Shown here: positions 50,399 through 61,331 of the stretch, one piece after another
Position numbering within the stretch: position 1 is the first letter of the stretch
Layout: each line of letters begins with the position of its first letter
From: Promethearchaeota archaeon
GTDB lineage: Archaea; Asgardarchaeota; Heimdallarchaeia; Hodarchaeales; Hodarchaeaceae
Direction of reading: 5' to 3'
Length of the DNA stretch: 64,000 nucleotides
Assembly (NCBI GenBank): GCA_048938105.1
Contig: JBHLMN010000001.1
Coordinates: 128,001-192,000, forward strand
Translations under genes and position numbers: made by a program
The notes under the pieces: generated by a model
Told to the model about the DNA's origin: nothing
The model's database searches: none
The model's input: only the letters and a program-made list of their open reading frames with translations

Positions 50399-51142
50399 AT
50401 GACAAAGAATACATTGATTTCAATCATTATTCCAGTTTTTAATGAAGAAGAAAACATCCGAGAATTATTATTCAATGTATTAGAGGTTGATTGTAACTAT
50501 TTACGAAAGATACATAAATGGAATACCGAAATAATAATTATTGATGATGGATCAACAGATAATTCATCGTATATCATTGAGGAAATAAGTTTAAAAACTC
50601 CAAACATACGTATAATAAATCATAATGGAAATAAAGGGAAGGGTTCAGCTATTTCCTCAGCCTTAAAAAGAGCAGAAGGGCAAGTTTGTATTATTCAAGA
50701 TGCTGATTTAGAATATAATCCACTAGAGATTCCAAAGCTCTTAGAACCTATTATTAATGGAAAATATGATGTTGTTTTTGGTAGTAGATTCTTAAATTTC
50801 CAGAATTACAGCGGATTATGGACTCATTTGGCTGGTAACAAAATTCTTTCTTTAATCAGTTCTCTCTTCTTACAACAACAAGTTACTGATATAATGACTT
50901 GTTATAAAGCATTTCGGAGAGACCTAATCCAGAACATCAATTCTAAGTCTTTTGATGTAGAACCTGAAATTGCAGCAAAATTACTCTATAAGAGAAATGT
51001 TCGATTTAAAGAGATACCTATTAGTTATAATCCTCGTTTAAAGGGAAAGAAGATAAAAAAGTTTCATGGAATAATTAGTTTATATAGATTAGTCTTAACA
51101 TTATTAAAGATCCAATACAAAGAGATTTTTAAAAATAATTAA
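50399..51142 (+). CDS. GT2 glycosyltransferase, DPM1-like (soluble)
   Basis: IPVFNEE, DDGSTD, NKGKG, QDADLEY, GSRF, TDIMTCYK, EPEI. Confidence 0.92.
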   Translation: MTKNTLISIIIPVFNEEENIRELLFNVLEVDCNYLRKIHKWNTEIIIIDDGSTDNSSYIIEEISLKTPNIRIINHNGNKGKGSAISSALKRAEGQVCIIQDADLEYNPLEIPKLLEPIINGKYDVVFGSRFLNFQNYSGLWTHLAGNKILSLISSLFLQQQVTDIMTCYKAFRRDLIQNINSKSFDVEPEIAAKLLYKRNVRFKEIPISYNPRLKGKKIKKFHGIISLYRLVLTLLKIQYKEIFKNN

Positions 51143-51313
51143 AAAAAAGGACAAAATAACTCACCATTTTACGAATAATGCCAAAAATCTCTTGCTTACG
51201 AATGTATACTTGAAAAAAATTTAAAGAATCCTTAAAATAATTAATATTGTCTTTTATTATTTAAAAGCACAGACATTTTATCATATGGGATTATTAGATG
51301 AATAAAAGGAACT

Positions 51314-52021
51314 GTGATGATGACTCTGCAAACTGGAATTATTTTGGCAGGAGGAAAAGGATTACGTTTAAGGCCTTATACTAATGAAATTCCCAAACCA
51401 ATGATAGATTTATCTGGAAAACCATTAGTTGAATGGATAATTGAATGGTTGATATCTAATGGTTTAACAAAAATTGTCATTGGAGTAGCTTACAAGAAAG
51501 AAAAAATCATAAATTGGGTAAAAAGTAAAAATTTTGAATCTGAAATCATTATAAGTCATCATTATATTGAAAGTGGAACAGCAGGAGGAATAAAACATGC
51601 GATAAAGAATGCTAAAATTAAAGACGAGTATTTTCTCGCAATGAATGGAGATGAACTCACAGATTTATCTCTTAAAAACTTTTTTCGTTTTCATGTAGTC
51701 AACAAAAAGATAGTTACGATTTTAGCAACACCTCTTCGCTCTAATTTTGGAGTTATTGAGCTTGGAGATCAAAATATAATAACTGCTTTTAAAGAAAAGC
51801 CAATTATTGATAATATTTTTATTAACTCGGGTGTATACATTTTTAATAATGAGATAGATTCATATCTTCCTTGGGAAGGAGATATTGAAAAAACAACATT
51901 TGTTAAACTAGCCATGGAAAGAAAAATGGTCGCATTTCGTTACTTTGGATTCTGGCGAACAGTTAATACGGAAAAGGATCTTGAAATTATGAAAGATGAA
52001 ATAAAATATTTGAGGCATTAA
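51314..52021 (+). CDS. Sugar-1-phosphate nucleotidyltransferase
   Basis: LAGGKGLRLRPYT..PKP, GTAG, NGD, FKEKP, INSGVY. Confidence 0.92.
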   Translation: MMMTLQTGIILAGGKGLRLRPYTNEIPKPMIDLSGKPLVEWIIEWLISNGLTKIVIGVAYKKEKIINWVKSKNFESEIIISHHYIESGTAGGIKHAIKNAKIKDEYFLAMNGDELTDLSLKNFFRFHVVNKKIVTILATPLRSNFGVIELGDQNIITAFKEKPIIDNIFINSGVYIFNNEIDSYLPWEGDIEKTTFVKLAMERKMVAFRYFGFWRTVNTEKDLEIMKDEIKYLRH

Positions 52022-52022
52022 T

Positions 52023-52982
52023 ATGGAAACTTACAGAATTTTTTTAACAGGTATTACAGGTTTTATTGGGAATAGGCTTGCAGAACAGTTGATTAAAGAT
52101 GGCCACGAAGTACATGCCATTATACGTTATCGAGCAGCAGAGGACTACTTAACTAAACCTCATAGAATTGAAGGTGTCAAATATTATACATGCAATTTAA
52201 ATGATCATATAAATTTAAGAACAATAATCCAAAAAGTTGAACCAGAAATTATAACACACTTAGCCGCAATCTCACCAGTTCGACTTAGTTTTATTCATCC
52301 TCTTGAGTTTCAGCAAACTAATTATCTTTCAACAATAGAATTAGTGCATATGAGTCTAGAACTTAAATCTTTTACAAAATTTATTTTCGCGTCCACAATG
52401 GAAACTTATGGTTGGCAAGAACAACGTATACCATTCACAGAAGAATTACCATTAAACCCAGCAAGTCCTTACGCGGTTTCTAAAGCGGCTGCGGAAAAAT
52501 ATATTCAAATGGCAGGTAAAGCATACACTTTACCTTATCTAATTGCAAAACCCTGTAACACATTCGGTAGGATGCGATCTGTAAGGTTTATTACAGAATA
52601 TTTGATTACTTCAATGTTAAAAGGAGAAATCCCACAGATTGGTAGCCCAAATGCAGTAAGAGATATGATGTATGTTACTGATCATATAAATGCTTACATA
52701 TCTGCGATTTCGAGCTCAGTTAGAAGTGGAGTCTTCAATTTTGGAAATGGATCCACTTACACAATGTTAGAACTTGCAGAAATAATTCGGGGAAAAATTG
52801 GTTATAAAGGAGAGATTAAGACTGGTTTTCCATCAAATTATCCAGATCGTCCTGTAGTTGATCCCTATCTTTCTCTGAATTCAGAGAAAGCAAAGAAATA
52901 TCTAAATTGGAAACCAAAAGTAAGTATCGAAGATGGTTTAGATTTATCAATACAATATTGGAAAAAAAATATTCATAATTAA
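52023..52982 (+). CDS. NDP-hexose 4,6-dehydratase (GDP-mannose 4,6-dehydratase-like)
   Basis: TGITGFIG, HLAAISPV..SF, ASTMETYG, PASPYAVSK. Confidence 0.8.
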   Translation: METYRIFLTGITGFIGNRLAEQLIKDGHEVHAIIRYRAAEDYLTKPHRIEGVKYYTCNLNDHINLRTIIQKVEPEIITHLAAISPVRLSFIHPLEFQQTNYLSTIELVHMSLELKSFTKFIFASTMETYGWQEQRIPFTEELPLNPASPYAVSKAAAEKYIQMAGKAYTLPYLIAKPCNTFGRMRSVRFITEYLITSMLKGEIPQIGSPNAVRDMMYVTDHINAYISAISSSVRSGVFNFGNGSTYTMLELAEIIRGKIGYKGEIKTGFPSNYPDRPVVDPYLSLNSEKAKKYLNWKPKVSIEDGLDLSIQYWKKNIHN

Positions 52983-53005
52983 CACTCTTTTGATGAAAAT
53001 ACGGA

Positions 53006-53896
53006 TTGGGATTCATTGTGAAGATACTCATAACAGGCTCGAACGGATTCATTGGAAGAAATCTTCAAAGAAGTTTAGAAAATAGAAAGCACGAAGTAAT
53101 TGGCATAGATATAATCAAAGGAGATAATAAATGTTGTGATCTGAGAAAATTGAAAGAAGTTGAATCTTTATTTAAGGAGATTTCTCCTGAGATTATAGTT
53201 CACCTAGCTGCAATTTCTTCTTCTGATCTAAGTAGAACGAAGGTTATCTCAACACAGGAAGTTAATTTCATGGGTACAGTAAACCTACTTGAATGTGCTC
53301 AAAGAATGGACTCAGAACTCGACTTCTTTATATTAGCTTCTACAGCTGAAGTATATGGAGGCCTCGATAAGAAAATGTATGATGAAAATGACTTACCTCA
53401 ACCACTTTCTCCCTATGCGGCTTCAAAGGCTGCAGCAGAATCATTTGCATTGATGAAAAGCCGAATTACAGGATTAAAAACCTGTTGTATTAGATTTTGT
53501 AATGCTTTTGGAAGAAGGAATAATGATAAATTCGTGATTGAATATATTATCAATTGTTTTATAAGAAAAATACCACCTACTATAAAAACTCCTAATTCTG
53601 TACGAGAATTCATGTATCTACCCGATCATCTGTCTGTATATGAAACAATTATTAATAAGCAACCAACTGGTATCATCAACGCATCATCAGGGGAGTCTTA
53701 CAGTATCTTAGACCTTACATTGATGATTAAAGAAGTCACAAATAGTGAAATACCTATTGTTACAGAAAAAGATTCACAAACTACTAGTATAATTCTTAAT
53801 AATGAAAAATTACGAAATTTAGGATTTATTCCAAAATATTCTCTTAGGAATGCCATATCCCATTTTTATGACGATTTAATCAATACTAACAATTAA
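53006..53896 (+). CDS. NAD-dependent epimerase/reductase (Rmd-like 4-keto-6-deoxy-sugar reductase candidate)
   Basis: TGSNGFIG, ASTAEVYG, PLSPYAASK. Confidence 0.75.
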   Translation: MGFIVKILITGSNGFIGRNLQRSLENRKHEVIGIDIIKGDNKCCDLRKLKEVESLFKEISPEIIVHLAAISSSDLSRTKVISTQEVNFMGTVNLLECAQRMDSELDFFILASTAEVYGGLDKKMYDENDLPQPLSPYAASKAAAESFALMKSRITGLKTCCIRFCNAFGRRNNDKFVIEYIINCFIRKIPPTIKTPNSVREFMYLPDHLSVYETIINKQPTGIINASSGESYSILDLTLMIKEVTNSEIPIVTEKDSQTTSIILNNEKLRNLGFIPKYSLRNAISHFYDDLINTNN

Positions 53897-53900
53897 TCGT

Positions 53901-55082
53901 TTGGGAAAAATAATGAAAATTGCTATTATCGACGATTTGATATATCCTTATTTCAGAGGAGGAGCAGAAAGAAGATATTACGATTTATATAACGAATTGG
54001 GAAAGAAACATGAAATTCATTGGTTTACGATGAAATTTCCCGAAATGAAAAAGTCACATTTTAAGTACGAAAATATTAATGTGCATTGTGTTATGAAAGT
54101 CCCAAAAGAAATATATTTTCACGGTAGAAGGAAAATAATACCCACTTTAATTTTTGCTTTTCGTGTTTTTAAAGAAATAAATCACTATAAATTTGATTTT
54201 ATTGATTCAGATGAATTTCCTTTTTGGCATAACTTTCTAATATTATTATATTCTAAATTTAAGAAAACCCCGACCTTTCTTACTTGGATGGAAGTATGGA
54301 AATGGTCGTATTGGAGAAAATACCTAGGAAATACAGGTGGGACTCTTGGTTATGTAACTCAGTTTCTTCTTGCCAAGCTATCCAATAATAATATTTGTAT
54401 ATCTAATATAACTGCTTCAAATCTTTCATCACTAGGTGTGAATAAAAAGAATATTAGAGTTATATATGGAGGAATAAATTTAAGATTATTGTTGAAAATT
54501 AAAGAATCAGTTAATTCAAAAAAGAATCAGATAATTAGTATTGGAAGATTAATTCCTGAAAAGAATTTTCCACTCTTAATAAATTCCATTTATCCTTTTT
54601 TAAAGAATAATGAATCATATAAATTAATAATCATTGGAGAAGGAACTGAAAAGAAGAGAATAATTGAATTAATTAATACATTAGATATGAATGATAGAAT
54701 CAAATTATTCTCAGGAAGAAATCCATACAACGAAATCATGAAAACTGTTTGTGAATCTAAAGTTCTAGTTTCTCTTTCTCATAGAGAGGGATTTGGTCTA
54801 ACCATTGTCGAAGCAAAAGCATTGGGAGTTTTAGTTATCACAAATGATCATGAAGAGAATGCTGGAAGATTTCTGATAAAAAATAACTTTGATGGATTGA
54901 TTATAAAATCAGATGGATCAGATTTAGCATTGACACTTCAAGGAATACTTTCTTCTAAGGAAAAAAATAAAATGAAAGAGATTATCCATAATGCTTTTCA
55001 AGATGTAAAAAAATTTGATTATCGAGAATTACGAAAAAAGCTTCAAGAATTACTCAATCTAGTGACTGAGATTCAGAAATGA
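53901..55082 (+). CDS. GT4 glycosyltransferase
   Basis: YPYFRGGAE, GRLIPEK, REGFGLTIVEA. Confidence 0.92.
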   Translation: MGKIMKIAIIDDLIYPYFRGGAERRYYDLYNELGKKHEIHWFTMKFPEMKKSHFKYENINVHCVMKVPKEIYFHGRRKIIPTLIFAFRVFKEINHYKFDFIDSDEFPFWHNFLILLYSKFKKTPTFLTWMEVWKWSYWRKYLGNTGGTLGYVTQFLLAKLSNNNICISNITASNLSSLGVNKKNIRVIYGGINLRLLLKIKESVNSKKNQIISIGRLIPEKNFPLLINSIYPFLKNNESYKLIIIGEGTEKKRIIELINTLDMNDRIKLFSGRNPYNEIMKTVCESKVLVSLSHREGFGLTIVEAKALGVLVITNDHEENAGRFLIKNNFDGLIIKSDGSDLALTLQGILSSKEKNKMKEIIHNAFQDVKKFDYRELRKKLQELLNLVTEIQK

Positions 55083-56236
55083 TTATTTGGAGTAATAACA
55101 TATCCATAAAGCTCTATTATTTGATGGCTAATTTTTTCCCAAGAGAGATTTTCAGAGTATTTTAATGATTTTGATCGTAGGTTTTCTCTGATATCTGGAT
55201 TATTCAAATATTTCATTATATCAATTGCCATTTCCTCCCTTTTTATTCGAAAATAACCAATATTATCTCCAAAAGCTTTTTTTAATTGAACAATTTTTGA
55301 AGATAAGACAGGAACACCACACCTCATAGACTCAATTACTGACAAAGGAAAGCATTCGAAGTCTGAGGGTAATATCGAATACCAATAATCACCATTTCTG
55401 AGGATTTCACCAATTTGTTCATGAGAAACCTGACCATGAAATGCAACAATATTATTAATTTTACACTTTGAACAAAGATCTTTCAATTTCTCTCTTTCTT
55501 CGCCATCACCAAAGATGTCTAAATGTATTTTAAAATCTTTATTGGAATCTCTTATCTGTTTTAAGGCAACGAGTAAACGGTCAATACGTTTCTGAATATT
55601 AAGTCTCCCTATAAACACGATTCTTCTTATCTCTTTATTTATAATACGTGATGTTTCATTATTCCGTCCTGGATAAAAAATATCTTGATTTATCCCGTTG
55701 GGGATTATTTTAACGCTTTGTTTAGAATATTTTGATAGATAAAAAACTCTACGTATGGTTTCAATATTCGCACTCAAAATATATGAGCTTTGTTTAAGAA
55801 GAAATCGAAATATCGTCAAATAATGAATTGGTAATAAGTATTTACGCCATGTAGTCCCCACAACTTCCAGGTGTATGTTGAAAACCAAGGGAATTCGCAT
55901 TAACAAACTGAGAATTGCCCCAGCTTCAGGAAAACCACCAATAGGATAATGTATATGAATAATATTTGGCCTTCCATATTTTTTTGCGAAATGATAGCAT
56001 TCAAAAAGGAAACGGTGAGGAAAAGGGCCACCTAAGGGAGACGCAAAGGATGGTAATTTTATATGTGTGAAATTTTGATTAATTACTTTGGTTGATGATT
56101 TTTTGTTACCTAAATCACTTGTAAATGCAATTACGACATGCCCAGCTTTCGATTGCTCTAATGCAATGTTGAAGGCAATTCGTTCCAAACCTCCTCCTGC
56201 GGGAGGGAATAAAGAAGAAAATACCCAAATTTTCAA
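55073..56236 (-). CDS. GT4 glycosyltransferase
   Basis: FPPAGGGLE, IPNG, GRLNIQK, ECFPLSVIES. Confidence 0.92.
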   Translation of the reverse strand: MKIWVFSSLFPPAGGGLERIAFNIALEQSKAGHVVIAFTSDLGNKKSSTKVINQNFTHIKLPSFASPLGGPFPHRFLFECYHFAKKYGRPNIIHIHYPIGGFPEAGAILSLLMRIPLVFNIHLEVVGTTWRKYLLPIHYLTIFRFLLKQSSYILSANIETIRRVFYLSKYSKQSVKIIPNGINQDIFYPGRNNETSRIINKEIRRIVFIGRLNIQKRIDRLLVALKQIRDSNKDFKIHLDIFGDGEEREKLKDLCSKCKINNIVAFHGQVSHEQIGEILRNGDYWYSILPSDFECFPLSVIESMRCGVPVLSSKIVQLKKAFGDNIGYFRIKREEMAIDIMKYLNNPDIRENLRSKSLKYSENLSWEKISHQIIELYGYVITPNNHF

Positions 56237-56282
56237 TTTCCTTTACACTTCTTGAAGAAGTATTTCAATTAACGTATTAAGT

Positions 56283-57782
56283 TCATTGTTCTTTGTTTCT
56301 ATTATTCTTGTTGAATCTCAAAAGTCCTTTTAAAGCGTGTTTGAGTATTTTTATATCCTCGCTGGAAAAGCCTTTAACAATTAAAAGAGTTAAAAAGTAA
56401 AATAAAGCAGAGACAAATATTATCGTTGATAAATTCAAAATATTCAAATTATTAGTGATTTCTTTTAAAAACAATACAAAAATCCCCATTAAACAAGACA
56501 CCATTACTGATTTAACAAATGTGGTCATTATGTCTCTATTTAATATTTTAAAATTAAATTTACCAAACAATACAACATAAATTAATAAATATGAAATATT
56601 AGATATTAAAATAGCAAAAGAAGCACCTTGAAAACTATAATTGTAAATGAAAATAAAATCTAGAATTATGTTCATTGTAAAACAAAGACCTGCAACTTTC
56701 GCTACAGTAGCTTGTCTATCTGTGGATATAAAAAACATTTCAAATGGACTACGAAGAAATAGAAAAACTATCGCCCAAATCGCTATTTTAAGCGAAATTA
56801 CTGAAGGAAGATAATCCGAACCAACTAATATCAGTATCATTTCACTTGATAATATTGTTATACCGAAACCGATCGGAATACTAAGTATAATCATTATTTT
56901 CAAGTAAATGAAAAACGTTTGATTTAGGGATTTTGTCGATGTTCTGTGAAATCTAGACATGATTGGTAATATTGTGGTATTCAAAATTGTAGGAATTAAA
57001 AGTAAAGCCATTAAAAATTTTCCAACAGTTGAATAGAATCCAGTTGCCATCTTATCATGTAAATAGGACAGAATTATTAGCTCGGTAGCTTGATTTCGAA
57101 AATTCAGCATGAAAATATCTACCAAAAAGAAAGGAAACGCTTCTTTGATGGAAAGTTTCCAAAAGCTCAAATTAAAACTTAAAATGGGTTTATAAAACTT
57201 CCAAATGGTGATTAAAAAGTTAAACACTAAAGTAATCAAATGTGATGAAGCATACATGATTGCTAATCCTATAATAGAAAAGCGTAAATATACTCCAATT
57301 ACAGCTCCAAAAAGAATTAAACTACTTGTTAGGATCATTCCAAAAGAAAAATATTCCATCTTTTCGTGAGCTTTGAAAATGGCATAAGATGTTTGATTCA
57401 GGGTTCGACTTATAATAACTGTACCCAATATACAATTCACTTCAAGAATTCGCTTCGAATAACCAGACAGATTAACAATAAATAAAAATAAAATAATCGT
57501 AAATAATAGAAGAAAAAGTCTTATTGTAACAATGTTCCCAAAATATTTTTTTCCTAACGACTTATCACAAGCAATTTCTTTTATTAAATATGTGTCTAAG
57601 CCTAAACTAGGTATCAAGCCACATAAAATCGTAAACGCGATTGCAGCAGAAAAAGCCCCAAAATAGTCGACACCCAAATATCGAGCAAGTAGAATAAAGA
57701 AGAAAAAATTAAAGATAGCTTGACTACTATTAGATACAAATAAAACAAGACTATTTTTAGCACCTCGTTGAATAGTATCCAT
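56283..57782 (-). CDS. Flippase (Wzx-like)
   Basis: AKNS..., LARYLG..FG, LGL...I; about 14 TMs. Confidence 0.9.
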   Translation of the reverse strand: MDTIQRGAKNSLVLFVSNSSQAIFNFFFFILLARYLGVDYFGAFSAAIAFTILCGLIPSLGLDTYLIKEIACDKSLGKKYFGNIVTIRLFLLLFTIILFLFIVNLSGYSKRILEVNCILGTVIISRTLNQTSYAIFKAHEKMEYFSFGMILTSSLILFGAVIGVYLRFSIIGLAIMYASSHLITLVFNFLITIWKFYKPILSFNLSFWKLSIKEAFPFFLVDIFMLNFRNQATELIILSYLHDKMATGFYSTVGKFLMALLLIPTILNTTILPIMSRFHRTSTKSLNQTFFIYLKIMIILSIPIGFGITILSSEMILILVGSDYLPSVISLKIAIWAIVFLFLRSPFEMFFISTDRQATVAKVAGLCFTMNIILDFIFIYNYSFQGASFAILISNISYLLIYVVLFGKFNFKILNRDIMTTFVKSVMVSCLMGIFVLFLKEITNNLNILNLSTIIFVSALFYFLTLLIVKGFSSEDIKILKHALKGLLRFNKNNRNKEQ

Positions 57783-57892
57783 TATAACATAACCAATAAT
57801 AATTTTTTTTGTTGTATTTTATATTATGAGGAAATATAAGATGCAGTAAATACCTATATTAATTTATGGGCCTTACCTACGAATAAACTATC

Positions 57893-58594
57893 TCAGTATT
57901 TAAAATAAATAGTTTCAGCTTTTTCTAATAGTTTTTTATTAGCCTTAATCTTTAATTGGTCATTAAACTTCATTTTTATTGCTTCTTTTTTTTCAGAAGG
58001 GCGTGTTAATTGATTTTCTGTTAATGTACCTTTTCCTTTAGATATCAGGAAATCATTATCCATTTTACTAAAGATTCTATCAACATTCTGCTTTGTGTGT
58101 TCAAACAAAGTAAAATCAGTATTATATTTCTCATTTATTATTTGAATGACTTGACCAAAATTAGAAGTAACATCTTCAAAATGTCCTATCACAACTGATA
58201 ATCGGAAGTAATATGTTTTTTCATAAAAAGATATGTAACGTTTTAGGGCTACTTTAACTGACAATTTTGGCCTCATTGTTTTCAATGATAAAACGGAATC
58301 TTGTGGATTTCTGATAAGAAGTAATGTAGGAATACCCCATTCACACGCTTTAATAATTTGTGCCGGAACATGGGCATGATGTGCAATTTGATAATTTTTT
58401 TCTTGAGATAAGCGGAAAGCTCGTACTGCAAAAGTATTAGCACACCGTGGATAACCTTCAATAACTATATCGGTGTTTTTCTTTACCATTCTTTCATTGA
58501 ACTTTGGATATGCCTTCATTATTCCATAGTAAATTCTGGGGTTTTGACCAAGGAGTGAATAGGAATAAATCATTAAATCTGTTAAAAAAGCCAT
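57893..58594 (-). CDS. PAPS-dependent sulfotransferase-fold protein
   Basis: IEGYPRCANTF (5'-PSB-like loop), LIRNPQDS (3'-PB-like), FEDV. Confidence 0.6.
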   Translation of the reverse strand: MAFLTDLMIYSYSLLGQNPRIYYGIMKAYPKFNERMVKKNTDIVIEGYPRCANTFAVRAFRLSQEKNYQIAHHAHVPAQIIKACEWGIPTLLLIRNPQDSVLSLKTMRPKLSVKVALKRYISFYEKTYYFRLSVVIGHFEDVTSNFGQVIQIINEKYNTDFTLFEHTKQNVDRIFSKMDNDFLISKGKGTLTENQLTRPSEKKEAIKMKFNDQLKIKANKKLLEKAETIYFKY

Positions 58595-58771
58595 TCTGTT
58601 TATATAAATCCATTGGAAACTTTTATATTTATTTCTAGATTCCTATACAGCCGCGAGAATGGTATTTTTATCTGTAATCATAAAAAAAAATATTCAAAAG
58701 AACCACTATAATTTTTAAAGATTAGTTGCATACTGATTTTAAATATGAATTGTTAGTTATACCATTATGTA

Positions 58772-59530
58772 TTACGTTTGGATACATATTTCGTTATATA
58801 CTATTTTTGCTCTTTTAAATAATTTCTGAGTTTTTAAATTATTTAATTTCGGTTTCAACCTCATTTTTAGTAATTCTTTTGTTACAGAAGGGCGTGGTAT
58901 TCTATTCATTCTACCTTGATCATATCTCTTATTTAATTGGGTTATTGTAGAAAATATTTTTTCAATATTCTTTTCAGAGTGGACAAATCCAGCATAATTA
59001 GTACCAAATTTTTTGTTAATTTTCTTTATAATACTGTTAAAATCCGTTGTAACCTCTTTAAATTCCCCAATAACAACATCATCAAGATATGGTTTTATTG
59101 ATTCATAATAGTGAATATATTTTTGAAGAGCAATTTCTGGGATTATATATGGGCCTCCTCGAACTAGATAAGATAGCATTGTCTCTTTGGGGTCACGAAT
59201 TAATACCACAGTGGGTATACCTAATTTAACTCCTTTTATTATCTGGATTGGAGTATGTATGTGATGAGCTACTGCTATTTTCTTTTTCTGAGCGAATAGG
59301 AACGCACACAAAGCAAATGTATTCCCACTCCGTGCAAACCCCTCTATGACAATGTTTGTTTTTTCTCTTACTAATCTTTCTCGAAAACCCATTTCTACTT
59401 GGAATGAACGCATTAAATTTAGAAAACTATCATATAAATGATAGTGTACTGAAATATAGTTCAATAATTTTCCAGAAAATGATAATAAAGGATAAGGTAA
59501 GGTTCTATTGGAAATTTCAATTAGAGACAT
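58772..59530 (-). CDS. PAPS-dependent sulfotransferase-fold protein (tandem paralog)
   Basis: IEGFARSGNTF, HH.H.P.QIIK, LIRDPKET and RPS..KE shared with 57893..58594. Confidence 0.6.
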   Translation of the reverse strand: MSLIEISNRTLPYPLLSFSGKLLNYISVHYHLYDSFLNLMRSFQVEMGFRERLVREKTNIVIEGFARSGNTFALCAFLFAQKKKIAVAHHIHTPIQIIKGVKLGIPTVVLIRDPKETMLSYLVRGGPYIIPEIALQKYIHYYESIKPYLDDVVIGEFKEVTTDFNSIIKKINKKFGTNYAGFVHSEKNIEKIFSTITQLNKRYDQGRMNRIPRPSVTKELLKMRLKPKLNNLKTQKLFKRAKIVYNEICIQT

Positions 59531-59639
59531 TAATTCCCATCCATAAGTTTAATTAAATTGTAATTTCTTGATCTTCAGGGGAATTAGGCATTTTAGTATT
59601 AGAATTATAGCACATATATTCTCCATTCATCTGAAATTT

Positions 59640-61331
59640 TCATCTCTTTTTTATTAATAAAAAGAATAAAAATCCAAATATGAAGAAAATAATAGCAAAA
59701 ATATTAGTTTTTCCCATAGTAGTACTTGTGTTGTTCAAAATAAAGTCTTTTATCGATATATTTATATTGTCATATGTAATATGTCCTCCTTCATCCACCA
59801 CAGATAAAGTGAGGGTATGATTACCATTTTCTAGTTGACCCAAACTACAATTAATTGTGATTGGATACCAATACTTCTTGAAATACAACGAACCATTATC
59901 GATTTTATCACCATCTAGAAATATTGAGAAAAACCCTACCATTTTTTGATTTGTCCTGAAATTATACCATGTTTTCCACGAAACATTAATTTTTTCGGTA
60001 CTCTTTGCTTCAATGTCCTTTGAGTTACTAATAATAGGAGCAAAACAAATACGTTCAGCTCTATAAACAGCAATTTTATAATCATTCACAGGAAAATTCA
60101 TTTCCCAAACTATGTTTCCTGTTTCATTGACTTCTGTAAGTCTTGCTCCATAAGCAGCTTCATCAGGATTTGGATCTTGCCAAAGAAGATTACCGAATGT
60201 CGCAAATCGATTTCCATTTGGTAATCTATCAGCATCTCCTACCACTGGACTGAAATAATCATAAGGGAAAATTCTTATCCAACTTTCACTAGCAATCATT
60301 GTCGTTGTATCTATTGTTATTTCAACTATTCGAGATCGCTCATTAAACGGGTCTGACTTGTTGTGCCAGTCATTATCAAAGAGAATGAATGTATTTTCAT
60401 TGATTTTTTCAACTGCATGAGCATGATAAAAAAGATTATCTTTTTGATTCCCATTTATATCAAAAAGAGTGAAATTTCCATATTCTCCTAGACCCCATAA
60501 TATTCTTTTTGTCTTGTGATTAATTTTATAAAAAGTATTTATATTTCGCATATTTACATAAATTACATCTTCATCAGGGTCATAAAAGATAGAATTAGAG
60601 TGGGTGATCGATTCTCCAAATGAACAATATGGACATCTTTGGGTATGAGAGATGAAAGACTGCGTATCTACAGACCATATTTCCTCTCTTGCGAAATTAA
60701 ACTCGATTATTCTATCAAATTCATATGTAGTACCGTTAATATCTTCTTTGTACGCAATAAATGTAAAATAGCTATGATTATTTGGATTATATTCAATTTC
60801 ATGATGTCCACATGGACCTATCTCTCTAGTTTTATTTGAAATAAAATTCCACATGAACATACTCCCGAACTCCAGAAGTCCTGGATCAACCTTATCTTTT
60901 ACTAAAAGAGTAGTTGAATTGTAGAGATCAAAAATAACTCCTAATGGTGCTCTGTTTATTATTTTTCCTTCCATATCTGTTATGATAAGTTTTCTTTTTA
61001 ACATAAGATCGGGATCTGAATAGTTAATACGAGTTGGTGTAATTCCAAAAATATTGTATCCATCGAAATACTTACCACTCTTAGTAACATTTATGAAGCC
61101 TGTAAAATCGCTCTCGGATTTTAACATGGTATTATGATCAAGAATGAATTGGTTATCATTTAGAGTACTAAGAAGTTCCTCTTGATTGGTGTATTTCTGA
61201 GATACAACCTTCAAAGGTCGATCTTTATTTTCTCTTATAATGTAGTTTAATGAGAAGAAGAAACACAATAATAATTGACATATGAATAAAAATCCAATCC
61301 AATTCCTATTTATCCACTTAATATTTTTCAA
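59640..61331 (-). CDS. Aryl-sulfate sulfotransferase (ASST-like beta-propeller), membrane-anchored
   Basis: GHHE, THSNS, MRN, HAH, LFDN, SRIVE and RLPNGN motifs; N-terminal signal/TM, Ig-like C-terminal domain, C-terminal TM+KKR. Confidence 0.82.
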   Translation of the reverse strand: MKNIKWINRNWIGFLFICQLLLCFFFSLNYIIRENKDRPLKVVSQKYTNQEELLSTLNDNQFILDHNTMLKSESDFTGFINVTKSGKYFDGYNIFGITPTRINYSDPDLMLKRKLIITDMEGKIINRAPLGVIFDLYNSTTLLVKDKVDPGLLEFGSMFMWNFISNKTREIGPCGHHEIEYNPNNHSYFTFIAYKEDINGTTYEFDRIIEFNFAREEIWSVDTQSFISHTQRCPYCSFGESITHSNSIFYDPDEDVIYVNMRNINTFYKINHKTKRILWGLGEYGNFTLFDINGNQKDNLFYHAHAVEKINENTFILFDNDWHNKSDPFNERSRIVEITIDTTTMIASESWIRIFPYDYFSPVVGDADRLPNGNRFATFGNLLWQDPNPDEAAYGARLTEVNETGNIVWEMNFPVNDYKIAVYRAERICFAPIISNSKDIEAKSTEKINVSWKTWYNFRTNQKMVGFFSIFLDGDKIDNGSLYFKKYWYPITINCSLGQLENGNHTLTLSVVDEGGHITYDNINISIKDFILNNTSTTMGKTNIFAIIFFIFGFLFFLLIKKR

